Source of the DNA: Thalia democratica
Taxonomy: Eukaryota
NCBI GenBank assembly: GCA_965202585.1
Contig: OZ241834.1
Location: 31,682,001-31,746,000, forward strand
DNA: 64,000 nt
Direction: 5' to 3'
Of this stretch, positions 50,732-62,519 are shown in pieces (within the stretch, counting starts at the first letter, position 1; the number at the start of each line of letters is the position of its first letter). A model generated the notes under the pieces. The model saw only the letters and a program-made list of their open reading frames with translations. It was not told the DNA's origin and did no database searches. A program made the translations under genes and the position numbers.

Positions 50732-52937
50732 TCCTGGAACAATAAGTTGTGGAAGTTCTGACAATCCTAATGTTCTTTTCTTATGAATCTAGTGAAACTC
50801 CAACTAAAAATCTCACGTAAGAATAAAATATATATTACAAAGTTTAAATTTACTATGGTGTTGTAAATATTTTGTATTGACCACTAAAACTGTTTTACAA
50901 TAACTGCGGCCCACAAAGATTTTTCTTCTATAAAGCGACTTATAAAGTATTTTTTATTACAAATTAAATAAACGTAGAAATACAAAAAACTTATTAACTA
51001 CTTTATTTTATACTTAACTGCTTTTTTACTATTTGAGAAAAAAAAGTAATTTTTCAGTTTAGATAAATTAAAAATTGATTGTTTATCTTAGTTTTTATTT
51101 CATTTTAACATTTTATTTGTTAACAGAGCTCTAATCATGGACTAACAGTTAAAACAAAATAATCTACCTCAAGAAGTATAGAGAGAAAGCTGCTGTTTTA
51201 ACTGCATAGAATTGATTTGAGTAAAAAAAAACTGTTGCTATTCTATTTGTTTTACCTTTTTAAATAATTTTTTTTAAAGTTAAAATGTTTCTGGTTTATT
51301 ACCATAACCTCCATCAGTTAATACTAAAACTCTCAAATTTTCTTTTAAAACACACATCTTAAGTCTTACCTTAATATACTCAGAGATAAAACAAATTGAT
51401 TGAAATAAAGTGTAAAAATAAAACATTATGTTCGTTTTTATTAACTACTTCTGTACTACTGTACACAAAATTTTATTTTTACCTAGATTTTAAAGTCTAG
51501 TAGTTTATTTAAAAGCTGCTTATTTGGTTTTTGTTGAGCTTTCAAAATAAAACTTTGTTCAACTTACTATGAATTTTTAAGAACAAAAGTGTAATACGTC
51601 CTACAGTGAGAAAATTAACAGATTAACAAGTATTCTAGCATTTTTAAAGCATTTATATAGCCAGTTAAAATTAATTTACTCGAAAAGATTATTTATAAAC
51701 TACAAATCCAAAAAAAAATGGAAGTTTGAAAGTAATTTGCTAATATTTTAAGAAATCATTGTTGACAAAAAAAAAAGACACATAAATCTCATTTTGAATT
51801 TGTTAATTTTCTATCACAAAACACAAATTTAAACAGTACAATTTTTAATGTATTTTGAACGTTTTTTTGAAATATCATGTAGTTTTTATTTTTTGTTAAC
51901 CAATCTAAAACTCCAGTCTTTAATTAAACTGTTGACTTCGTGCTGGTAAACACCGTCAGTATTAAAATAAGTATTTAAATTTATCTTTAAAGAAAAAGTT
52001 TAAAATATTATATATTAAAAATCCATCATTTTAAAGAAACACACTTGGTTTGATGATATTTAATAAAAAACAAAATAACGGTTCAAACTCAATAACTTGT
52101 AATAAAAAAACAAGTTGTAATTGTTCTTGTGGAATCAGCAAATAGTACCGAATATTTTTATTGCAGAAAAAAAAATTGAGGTAGAAAGTATGTGCTAGAA
52201 TAGTCTTGTTCTTTTTTGCATCTTTAAAAGTTTTAACACGTTACGCAGCTATTAAAACAACTTAAGGTTAATAAACAAATTAATCAACAAATAGTTTAAG
52301 CTTATTTGCTGCTGCGCGCAAGCTCTTGAGAACCACTAATTTGTTGTTTTATTTACTTGTAAATTGCTTCTAAAAGCAAGACTGTAAACACATGCTTTTA
52401 AGTTTTATGTTTGCAAAATGATATCTAAAGTACCTTTGTTTGTTTAAGTAGAGCAACAGACGCAAGGAAAAATTTCATTCAATAGTTAAAACAAAAAATT
52501 AAATTAACAAAAATTAATTCGTGAGTATAAATTACTAAAACTGAATCAAACTAAACTTGATTAAAATCAAACAAAAACTAAACTTAAAAAAAAATTGAAA
52601 AATCAAATTAAAGATCAAAAGTAGAATCAAAAATAAAAGTAATGACAACTATTTTTTTATTTAAATTTTTGGATAAACTTGAAATTCATAAAGTAAATTA
52701 ATCAAAACAATAAAAAAAAACAAGAAAAAAAAACAACTTTAAATAAAAAATAAGTATAATTTTAAATTGATGGCAAAAAAAAGTTTTGCAATATTTTATT
52801 TTATTTAAAATAAAAACAAAGTTTTCTAAGATAGCAATAAAGTATAATTTAAAAGGTTTTACTACAAAAAAAAGACAATAAAGTTTAGCAGAGCAGCTAA
52901 ATAACAAATTTCAGCTAATTCAAGTTAAAAAAATGTG

Positions 52938-53180
52938 AACGCCTTGTAAATAAACTACAATTAGCACCTGTTTCTTTTTTTGTGGCTATTTAAACCCGAT
53001 GACGTGTGAAACAATTTGCCGCAGTTCGCGCAAGAGTGAGTCGGCTCGAAATGGCACTGCATGTGTTCCTTCAAGTTGCTCGGCCTGTGGAACTTCTTTC
53101 CGCAAACGGTGCAAGCGTGCTTTGGCTCGTAATGGTACCTCATGTGGACGGTCAAGCAGTGCTTGGTTTTAAAGAACCTT
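52938..53180 (-). pseudogene. 3' fragment of the C2H2 zinc-finger exon (last 2.5 fingers, stop and 3' flank)
   Basis: FFKTKHCLTVHMRYHYEPKHACTVCGKKF...KRNRC*; near-identical to 58524-58765; truncated at the 5' end. Confidence 0.92.
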
Positions 53181-53197
53181 AAAAGCTAACTTTTCAG

Positions 53198-53578
53198 ATT
53201 GAAAACTCTCAATACTTCTTCATATGATAAGTCAACTCTAAGTGATGTAACAACAAAAGGCACTGGAAGTGTTAGAGGTACTTTTAGCATATTAATCATT
53301 AAGTTACTCAACTTTAGTTGCTTTCCTGTAGTTCAAACAAACCAATTTTTAAGTTTTTACTTATGGTAACAACAAATTCTTGATAATTAACAACAGACTC
53401 ATTACAGTTTGCATTTGATAATAACAAATTGAAAAAATTAACAGAAGTCAAATTAGAGCCGAAAGTTTATATTTATACAAACAAAGTTCCAGCTAAAAAA
53501 CTGCAAGCAATTCTGAACTACTACAAAATATTAAGAAACCTTGTGGTAGAAAAACTGGTCAGTTTGATTGCATTATAA
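53198..53578 (+). pseudogene. Orphan exons 53198-53277 and 53397-53578 of an uncharacterised gene
   Basis: ttttcag|LKTLNTSSYDKSTLSDVTTKGTGSVR|gtactt, then a phase-compatible exon SLQFAFDNNKLKKLTEVKLEPK... open for 59 codons. The first exon is paralogous to 61554-61633 (-). Confidence 0.6.
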
Positions 53579-53908
53579 AATAAAACTGTAATTAGACTAA
53601 TCAAAGTTGGAAAGTTTTGTAGGTTCTGTACATAAGGCACATACTAAAACGACAAAAAAATGTTATTACAACTTTTAACTATTAATGTTAAACTTTTAAT
53701 AAATTAATCATTGATATTTCTATTTTATATTAATTTTTGGCAGTTTTAGTAAATTTTAAAACTTGTCCATTTTCTGAAATGTTTATCTATAAGTTTTGGT
53801 TACAATGTTTTTAAAATTAAACTTGTGTCTGCTTTTAAACTAATAAATATGTCACTAAAATTAATAACTTTTAGACAAGCGCACGCAAAATCACCCTTTT
53901 CTATCCCT

Positions 53909-53948
53909 CTTTTATACCCTATAAACTCCATCGGGATATATAGTTTCG
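53909..53948 (+). mobile_element. DINE-1/Helentron-like terminal motif (relic)
   Basis: TTTTATACCC...GGGATATATAGTTTCG stem, resembling HINE/DINE-1 5' ends; motif only. Confidence 0.35.
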
Positions 53949-54099
53949 TTTATAACAGTTTTGTCTATTTTTACAACTAACAAAATATAAACAAGTACGT
54001 TTAGGTGTTTAAGTTTAATTTTTTAAAATTTTATTGTGTTCATTTTTCTTAAAAAAATGTTTTTTAAATACCAAATACAGCATTATGTCTGGGTGCACG

Positions 54100-54496
54100 A
54101 CTATTCAAATTCTGACAATTCAAATTCTGACAATTCAAATTCGGACAATTCAAATTCCGACAACTCAAACTCGACAATTCAAATTCCGACAATTCAAACT
54201 CCGACAACTCAAAATTGGACAATTCAAATTCCGACAACTCAAACTCGGACAATTAAAATTCCGACAACTCAAATTCAGACAATTCAAATTCCGACAACTC
54301 AAATTTGGACAACTCAAATTTAGACAATTCGAATTCCGACAACTTAAATTCGGACAATTCAAATTCCGACAACTCAAATTTGGACAATTCAAATTTCGAC
54401 AATTCAAATTCGGACAATTTAAATTCGGACAACTCAAATTTGGACAATTCAAACTACGACAACTCAAATTCGGATAATTCAAACTACGACAATTGA
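54100..54496 (+). repeat. 15-bp minisatellite (AATTCAAATTCCGAC)n, left arm
   Basis: About 26 imperfect copies; source of the ORF-track peptides at 54034-54496. Confidence 0.95.
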
Positions 54497-56949
54497 ACTA
54501 TTTAAACAAGACGACTAAAATGTACGCATATGTTACAATAAATTATGTAATGAGAATTATAAATTATATCAAATGTTGCTTTTTAGATTTGAGATTTTAA
54601 AGTTTTTATAGAATTATTTTTTTACTAAAAGAAAATATTTATTTTTTATTTAAATTTTTAAACAAATTATTAGATATAATATTATGTAACAAAAATAAAT
54701 GACTATGTAGAAATTATTTTAAAATTTTTAAATAACTTTAGACATAAAAATTGTGTAATCTAAAAAATATGCATAATTTATTTTGTAAGTAAAAAAATTA
54801 TGATTGTTAATATTTTTTTGTTTATTGAACAATTAAAAAAAGCGCTCAAAAAGTATGGTCTAAAGACCTAGGATACAAAGGAACTTTTTGGTTATCGAGT
54901 CGTACACTACATACTTATAAAATTTCTTACGAGCTATTACACATAATTTTTTACTATTTAAATATCTAAATCTTTAGTAATAAAATAATCAATTAAACGA
55001 AATGAAAGAAAAGCAAGCTAAGAGAATGTTTTCTGAATTTTCTTTAAATTAAATAAATTTCTTAAAGACTTGTTTAGTTAGTTACATAAGAACTAATAAG
55101 CTTATATAACTTTAAATTAACTTATAAAACGAGACCAACAATACTAAGAGCAAACATGTGCTTATTGAATGATAGATTACAACCTCTATAAAAAAAGTAA
55201 AAATGTAAAACGCTGAAACACTTTAACGTTTAATTTAATCAGTATTTTGTGCTAAAAGTGTAATTTTTATTTTATTTAACAACTTTACCTGAACAGTAAA
55301 AAAATCTTTACATTTGTATAGATAAACAAACTGTTGTATATTTTTATAATAATTTTAAAGAAGTAAAATCTACCATAACTGAACTTAACTTTTATAAATA
55401 AAAATATAAAGAAAAGTATTGTAAAATTTTAGCTTTTGATAAGCAAAAATAATAAATAAATAAAAACAATAACAATATTAACAACATTAGCATAAACCGA
55501 TTTAAAAAACAATATTGAGTTTTTATGTAAAAATATAAAGTAAATGTACTATTTGTAAAGCGTAGTTCTAGTTTATTTAGATTAAGTATCATTAAAACAA
55601 AAATTGATTATCACTGTTTTATAACAAGCTAAATTTTTAAAATTTTAATGATCGCCATTAAAACATTACTTAACAAGAAACTGCTTAACAAAACCTATTT
55701 TCAAATACATATAAAATATAAATAAGAAATAAACTGATTACAAATAATAATTCGATAGTCTAACTAGACTTATGCATTGTAGTCAATAATAAGAAGCTGA
55801 GATCCGAGTCACGGTGACAAGACCAAGACCCGAGTTCTAAATGCAAAAATTAAAACGAGTATTACAATACTTTTCTTAAAGTAAACATTATAATTTATAA
55901 ATATTTATTTTAAATTTTAATATTTACAAACTGTTGGTAATACTTTTTTAGTACTTTTTTATAGTGGTTATGCTTATGATAATAAATTTTAATTTAATTA
56001 TGTAATTAAAAAGTATTGTTTCGTTATAAAACAATAATTCAAATCAGTACAAGGCAAATAATTATTGTTTATATAAAAAAACCACAGTTACTTGACAACT
56101 TGTTACTTTTTTATTAACACAAATTAAGGGATATTAAAGTCGTTGTAAGCATCTCTGAATAATAAAATAGGTAATTTTAATGTTTAAAAATGTTATTATT
56201 TCTAAAAACTACGAAATATTTTTAATTTTAGTGTAATGCTTTATTTCAAAAAAATGTTTAAATTTCTAGAATGTTTTTTACGACACTATATTAATCCATA
56301 ATATTTCTTGTTTTCGTCGCTTCGGCTGTTAAGTCGAAGTGTTTCTTGTCGAACTATTTTGTTAGTACAATTTGTTGTAGTTTATTGCACATTTATTCAT
56401 TGTAAATATAACCTAAACTTATTGAATTGATTTCATTTTACAAGTAGGTTAAGCTTTCTAACAATCTTATAAACCTACTTCAATAAATTGTAGTTTAAGT
56501 AGTCTAATTGCTTTGTAAAACTATTGCAATAAACAGATAGCTTTAATCAACACTTATAACCTATTAAATTAATAGTATAAGTCCAATTTATATTTTATAT
56601 ACCTAATTTATTAATTAACGAGATTAATCTAAAAAGTATCGTAGAACTACCTAAGGATATCATTTTAATAGCGCGTTATAATCAGTAAAAAGTATGGATG
56701 TATATGTATACAATCAAAAGTTAAAATTAAAATGAATTCTTATTGTTAAACATTTTATAAAATATAATTTTACTTTGATTATATTTTGTATTGATTTTAA
56801 AGTTAAAATTTATTATTTAAAATAATAATAAAGTAAACAATCAATGCTGTCAAAGCTTTAATAACAAAAACTGAAACGAGGTTACTTGCTATAAAAATAA
56901 ATAACTCTTGAAACTTTAATTTTTATGTTGTTGGTTTTATTTATCGGAG

Positions 56950-57480
56950 CTTTAGTTGTCGGCATTTGAATTGTAATCTAAAATTGTCAGGTTTGAAATG
57001 TCGTAGTTTGAGTTGCTAAAATTCAAATACTTCGAATTTTAATTGTCTGAACTTAATTTATCGAAATATAAATTGCCACAATTTGAGTTAAAAAATATGA
57101 AATGTTAGAGTTTGGATTGTCAGAATTCGAGTTGTCGGAATTTAAGTTGTCCGAATTTGAATTGTCGTAGTTTGAATTGTCCGAGTTAGAGTTGTCGTAG
57201 TTTGAATTGTCCGAACTTGAGTTATCGGAATTTGAATTGTCCGAACTTGAATTGTCCGAATTTTAATTGTCCGAATTTAAATTGTCCGAGTTCGAATTGT
57301 CGTAGTTTGAATTGTCGGAATTTGAGTTGTCGTAATTTGAATTGTCGGCATTTGAGTTGTCGGAATTTGAATTGTCGGAATTTGAGTTGTCGGAATTTGA
57401 ATTGTCGTATTTGAGTTGTCCAAATTTGAATTGTCGGAATTTGAATTGTCGGAATTTGAATTGTCAGAATTTGAATAGTC
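56950..57480 (-). repeat. 15-bp minisatellite, inverted right arm
   Basis: (GTCGGAATTTGAATT)n, degenerating inward. Confidence 0.93.
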
Positions 57481-57625
57481 ATGTAACCATTATGTCTGAC
57501 TTAGTAATTCAACTGTTATAACTTATAGCTTTAAATATTTTAAATTTCTGTTTTTCTTATAATATTAATACATGATCCAAAAAATATAAGCTATCCCCAC
57601 GTAAAAGAAAAATAAAAATAAATAG

Positions 57626-58743
57626 TCATTTATAAAATTCAAACATCAAAAAACGCATCTGTAACAAGTTCTGATGTTTTAGATGAAGACATTGTATTGC
57701 AACCCTCAAAGTCAAATAAATCTTCTAGCTATAATAAGCAAAGTAAGTTATTATATAAAATAGGTTTAAATCAACTAAAATATTTTTTTTAGAATATATA
57801 TGTTTAGTTGAAGTTAAATTAGTCTTCTAAGTTTGTTATCAACTATATTTTTATATTGTTTGCTTTCAGTATACATAGCTTAACATTAACGTTTTGGATA
57901 ATTGTTTTATGTATTTTTTTTTTTGATTTATAATTTCTATAGCTACTAATATTTTTTGATGTGCTACTTTTATTTGATTTTTGTAGTTATGTGCTTTATT
58001 AGTTGTAAGTTTGTATTTACACTTTAAAACTTTTTAAACACATAAAAATTCCTTTGAAGTATCATTGAGTTTACCTCGATTTCAAACTAATCTAGTAATA
58101 ACTAACCATTCTCAAAGCACCTTTTTGTCTGTATTAACGCATTAGACAGATCAAGCAAATCCCTTTAAATCTAAAAGATTAGAATAAATTTAAGCTGTAA
58201 AATAAATACGAAACTTCAGACAGCAGGGGTCAACAGCAGAAAGAAAAAAGGTTCAGCTGCCCCAATTGCGGCAAGACGTTTTCAAGAAATTACTCCCTGA
58301 CCCTTCACAAGAACACCCACGACGAAACCCACCAGTGCCAAGTTTGCCTCAAGTGCTTCGGAAGCCAATATTACCTTGACAACCACATGAGGGTGCACTC
58401 GGGGGAAAAACCTTTCGAGTGCGCCTCTTGCGGCAAAAGATTCTCTCAATAGGTCAATTTGCGAAGACACCAGAAGACGCACAGCAATGAGAGAGCGTAC
58501 AAGTGCAGGGTTTGCCCGGAAGGAAGGTTCTTTAAGACCAAGCACTGCTTGACCGTCCACATGAGGTACCATTACGAGCCAAAGCACGCTTGCACCGTTT
58601 GCGGAAAGAAGTTCCACAGGCCGAGCAACTTGAAAGAACACGTGCAGTGCCATTTCGAGCCGACTCACTCTTGCGCGAACTGCGGCAAATTGTTTCACAC
58701 GTCATCGGGTTTGAATAGTCACAAAAAAAGAAACAGGTGCTAA
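57626..58743 (+). pseudogene. C2H2 zinc-finger pseudogene (linker exon 57626-57742; six-finger exon 58220-58743 with in-frame TAG)
   Basis: Fingers CPNC, CQVC, CASC, CRVC, CTVC, CANC with an HSGEKPF linker. CAA TAG GTC at 58450-58452, where the paralogous fragment has CAA AAG GTC. The upstream exon ends A|gtaagt in a compatible phase. Confidence 0.88.
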
Positions 58744-58778
58744 TTGTAGTTTATCTACAAGGCGTTTTCATTAGTTCT

Positions 58779-59075
58779 CGCAAAGCGCGCTTTTGTGCTA
58801 GCCGAATAAGGCAGATAAATAATTTTATAAGTAAAAAAAAAAATAATTAGAAGTTTTTTAATTTTATGATAATTTTCAAATACTATAAAAGATTCTTAAA
58901 ATTTCAGAATATTGCTGTTTTAACTAAGTATTAGAACAAATTAGTTTGAAACAGAAAATTTCAAAAGAAGAAAAAAAAAAGCTAAATATATCTACTCACT
59001 TAATTATAAAACAAAAGGAACTATATCAGTAAGAAAATAGTTTGTAATAAATAGCTAAAAGTATCGCACACCGCG
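58779..59075 (+). mobile_element. One ~295-bp Helitron-like unit, opened at its hairpin
   Basis: Begins CGCAAAGCGCGCTTTTGTGCTAG and ends ...CACACCGCG; same unit as 60813-61105. Confidence 0.6.
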
Positions 59076-59082
59076 ATACTTT

Positions 59083-59212
59083 TGCGCCTCTTGCGGCAAG
59101 AAGTTCTCTCAAAAGGTCAATTTGCGAAGACACCAGAAGACGCACAGCAACGAGAGAGCGTACAAGTGCAGGGTTTGCCCGGAAGGAAGGTTCTTTAAAA
59201 CCAAGCACTGCT
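59083..59212 (+). pseudogene. Internal fragment of the zinc-finger exon (finger 3 to mid finger 4)
   Basis: [43 protein letters not shown]; no stop codon; several differences from 58423-58550. Confidence 0.92.
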
Positions 59213-60777
59213 AAAATCAAGCAAAAGAGTCAAGTGTTTTACTTCATTTGTTTTTTTAATTTTACTTCAGATATCTGAGAATTTAGTTAAAAACTTATAT
59301 TGGAAAATAATATTTTGTTATACGGTGTCGTTTTCTAAATTTGTTTTAACCTTTTTTGTTTTAATCACTTCAAATTGTTTAATTCTAAAAAACGTTAAAA
59401 ATATAATAGCAAGTATGCTTTTTTAGTAGACACTTAGTGTGTAGCTTTTAAAGAAGTTAAACTCTAGTGTTCTTTATTTTGATTATGATAGAACTTAATA
59501 GTTAGTGTATTACTGAACACATAAATACTAATAAAAATTTTATAACATACGTCTGCCATTGTTAAGTTTTGAGTTTCTTCCACAAGTTTATTTTATTCTT
59601 CTGGCTTGCATTTCTTTTAAGCTTGATAAAAAGCAAATTGTAAGTCGATTAATCGTTTGTAATTTTATTGTTAACATTCTTAGTTCTTTAATCTTTTTAT
59701 TGTGATGTTTAAAACGTGTTTCTGAGCACTAATACGCAACGCTAATTTTAGTAAATATTGACGCATAATATAATACAAGTTGTTTTCCAAACAACCTTAA
59801 CGAAAAAAAGTACCTTTAAGTTTGAATTTTGATATATAAAACACTAATGCTAGAACTTAATCAAAAGTTAATAAATTATTTTTAAGAGGGTTTAAAAATG
59901 ATATGTTTTGTTATGTAAAGTTTGTTTTATTTAATTATATTATACAATATTTAAAAAAAAAAGATTTTTTGTTTGTTTTTTAGAAAAACTTAAACTAACT
60001 TTCTGTTGTCATCATAGCAAGTTTTTATTATTATTTTGTAGTACATAAAAATATGAATAGTATTTTTTTTTTTTATAACAATTTATTTCTTATCTAATCT
60101 AATTTCATAATTTTAGATATTGAAATTGTTCGTTTTTCCTGTTTTTTTTTTAATGGTTTTCAATTAAAGTCTATGAAATAATTTAACTTAACATTTTTAT
60201 AAGTCTGATTAAAATTTGCATAATGCTGAAGCTAGGAGTATATAATTTGTTTAATATGAAAATAACTTAACAATATACTTCATTAAAAGTTTTAAAAGTA
60301 TGTTTGAAATTATTATTTTAGTTTTACTATAGACTAAACACCAAGCAACAAAGTGGAAGATATTGAAAAAACAATATCAAACTGGAACTGGCTGCTGAAA
60401 AAATCAACAGATTTTGATTCATCGGGCCAACTGGTTGAAGCTGAGATGGAATACAAAATGTCAGTTTATCAACAATTTTGATATTTTAAAAAGTAAAAGT
60501 TTGTACATAACTATTTGTAAAGTTTTATATACCTTATTCATATTTAAGTTTTTCATTCTATTTGTCATTTAGAAATAAAATGTGTTTTTACTGTATATTA
60601 GTTTTGAATTAGCTGTAAAGTAAAAAATTATTCAATTTAAACAAAAGTATTGAGATAGCAAGTTATATATTTTCTTAGAGTGGTCGTTTTAAGGTTAAAT
60701 ATATCTATGAAGTAAACTACAAAACAATTAAGAGGTACTTTAAATTGAAAACAGATTTTAATAAATAGCCAAGAGCA

Positions 60778-61268
60778 TCGCACACCGCGCGCAAAGCGCG
60801 CTTTTGTGCTAGCCGAATAAGGCAGATAAATAATACAATAAGTAAAAAAAATCATTAATTAGAAATTTTTCAACATTATGATATTTTTGAACTACTATTA
60901 AAAACTCTTAAAATTTTAGAAAACTTATGTTTAAACTAAGGATTAGAACAAATTAGTTTAAAACAGATAATGTAAAAAGAAGAAAAAAACTAATATATCT
61001 ATTCACTTACATATAAAACAAAAAGAACTACATAAGTAAGAAAATAGTTTGTAATAAGTAGCTAAAAGTATCGCACACCGCGCGCAGAGCGCGCTTTTGT
61101 GCTAGCCAAATAAAGCAAAAACTAATAAATAATAATAAATAATAAAGTAAACAAAATTATAATTAAAATGTTACATATATTAGAAATTTTAAGATTTTCT
61201 ACTATTTTTCAAATACTCTTCAAAAATACTTCAAGTTTTTAAAAACTGCCGTTTAAACTAAGTATTAA
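60778..61268 (+). mobile_element. Tandem Helitron-like units (period 293 bp) with GC hairpin plus CTAG
   Basis: GCGCGC-AAA-GCGCGC TTTTGTG CTAG at 60787-60812 and GCGCGC-AGA-GCGCGC TTTTGTG CTAG at 61080-61105. A hairpin shortly before CTRR is the Helitron 3' signature, but the base after CTAG is C, not T. Confidence 0.55.
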
Positions 61269-61284
61269 AGCATAAATACTCAAC

Positions 61285-61545
61285 TAATTTTAACTTTAAA
61301 CAAATCTAAATTCGTTAGCCTAAATTTCTGAATGGCCTAAATTCTACCAGAAAGTTGATATTATTTTACCTTAAAACAAATCTAAATTCGTTAACCTAAA
61401 TTTCTGCCTCAGAAAGCTCGCTTTCCTTGGTTTTGCTTCGCAAAAAAAAGGCACGCTTCGCGCGCGATCTTGCTTTAACTTTCATGCCTCAAAAGCTTCG
61501 CTTTCTTTGTACGTTCCAACCTCAGAAAGCTTCGCTTTCTTTACA
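61285..61545. repeat. Short internally repetitive element (possible Helentron/HINE core)
   Basis: 2x AAACAAATCTAAATTCGTT(A/G)..CTAAATTTCTG; 3x CCTCA(G)AAAGCT(T)CGCTTTC; hairpin GCACGCTTCGCGCGC. Confidence 0.45.
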
Positions 61546-61553
61546 AAAAGTAC

Positions 61554-62519
61554 CTCTAACACTTCCAGTGCCTTTTGTTGTTACATCACTTAGAGTTGAT
61601 TTATCATATGAAGAAGTATTGAGAGTTTTCAATCTAAAAAGTTAGCTTTTAAGGTTATAAACTTTAAAAAATAAGTTCATAGATGTTTACAACTGATGAC
61701 AACAAGTTTGTTGTAAACTGCACATTTGTTAAGCTAGCTAGACAAATTTGTGAGTACATACTGTTAATGCAGAAATTACAACATAATATAAAATTGTTTT
61801 AGAGTTAAAAATTTCTAAGTAAGTTTCCCATAAAGATTTATATATAAATTTTTTAACAATGTACATTAAATTAGTGTAAGAAACATTATAGTTTTTAACA
61901 TTTACCTTGCGTTTTTCATCTTAAGTTCTACCTCTAATATTGAAATTTTCTCTTTTAGTTTTTCATGTGATTCAGCCATTATCATATTTTCCATTTCTAA
62001 ACTGAGAAAACTTTGTAACTTAAAAACTAATGCTTAAAACTAAATTATTATGTACTAGATTCCTAAATTACTTTTTATTTTCATATATTTATAAATACTA
62101 TACAGATTACAGTATATACGCTGAAGATAAAAAATAAGCAATTACAACTTTTTGTTTTTAACACAATATTCTTTTTCTAAATTATTCATCTTCTCTAACA
62201 AGTTAACATTTGCACTTGCAAGGTTTTCATTCTCCATACTTAATATACTATTTTAGTTTTGCAACTGTTTATTTTCGTTGTGTAGTTTTTCAACAACTTT
62301 TTTTAAAGCTGACATCAAAAACTCAGCTTGGTTTAAATCTAAAAAATATATAACTACAATAACATACTATTTAGTTTTTTGTTTAACCAAATACTAAGTT
62401 AAATGAAGTAAGTTTGATATTTCTTGTTTACAACATTTTTAAGGTTTATGAAAATTATTAATTTTTTTATTGATAAACTCACTTTCATCTAGTATGGTAC
62501 TTTTTCTCATATAATCCAT
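61554..62519 (-). pseudogene. 5' exons of a coiled-coil gene with an in-frame stop
   Basis: Exons 62519-62483 (MDYMRKSTILDE |gtgagt), 62338-~62150 (LNQAEFLMSALKKVVEKLHNENKQLQN*NSILSMENENL..., TAA at 62255-62253), 61996-61906 (MENMIMAESHEKLKEKISILEVELKMKNAR |gtaaat) and 61633-61554. The donor of exon 2 was not resolved. Confidence 0.6.

Larger units (their letters stand above)
54091..57488. mobile_element. Foldback/Mutator-like non-autonomous element, 3,398 bp, with long modular TIRs
   Basis: Perfect 9-bp TSD ATTATGTCT (54082-54090, 57489-57497); termini GGGTGCACGACTATTCAAATT / rc GGTTACATGACTATTCAAATT; arms made of 15-bp tandem repeats; AT-rich non-coding interior. Confidence 0.9.

Noticed and set aside
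54034-57482. Repetitive ORFs (NSDNS, QFKFRQ, CPNL) on both strands
   Set aside because: By-products of a 15-bp minisatellite that is open in several frames; no splice or start context.
58282-58698. 138-aa minus-strand ORF (and 59026-59220)
   Set aside because: Antisense shadow of the zinc-finger exon.
60331-60396. TKHQATKWKILKKQYQTGTGC* resembling a Myb/SANT-like (Harbinger) fragment
   Set aside because: Only about 20 codons, ends in a stop, and has no supporting exons; cannot be supported without a search.
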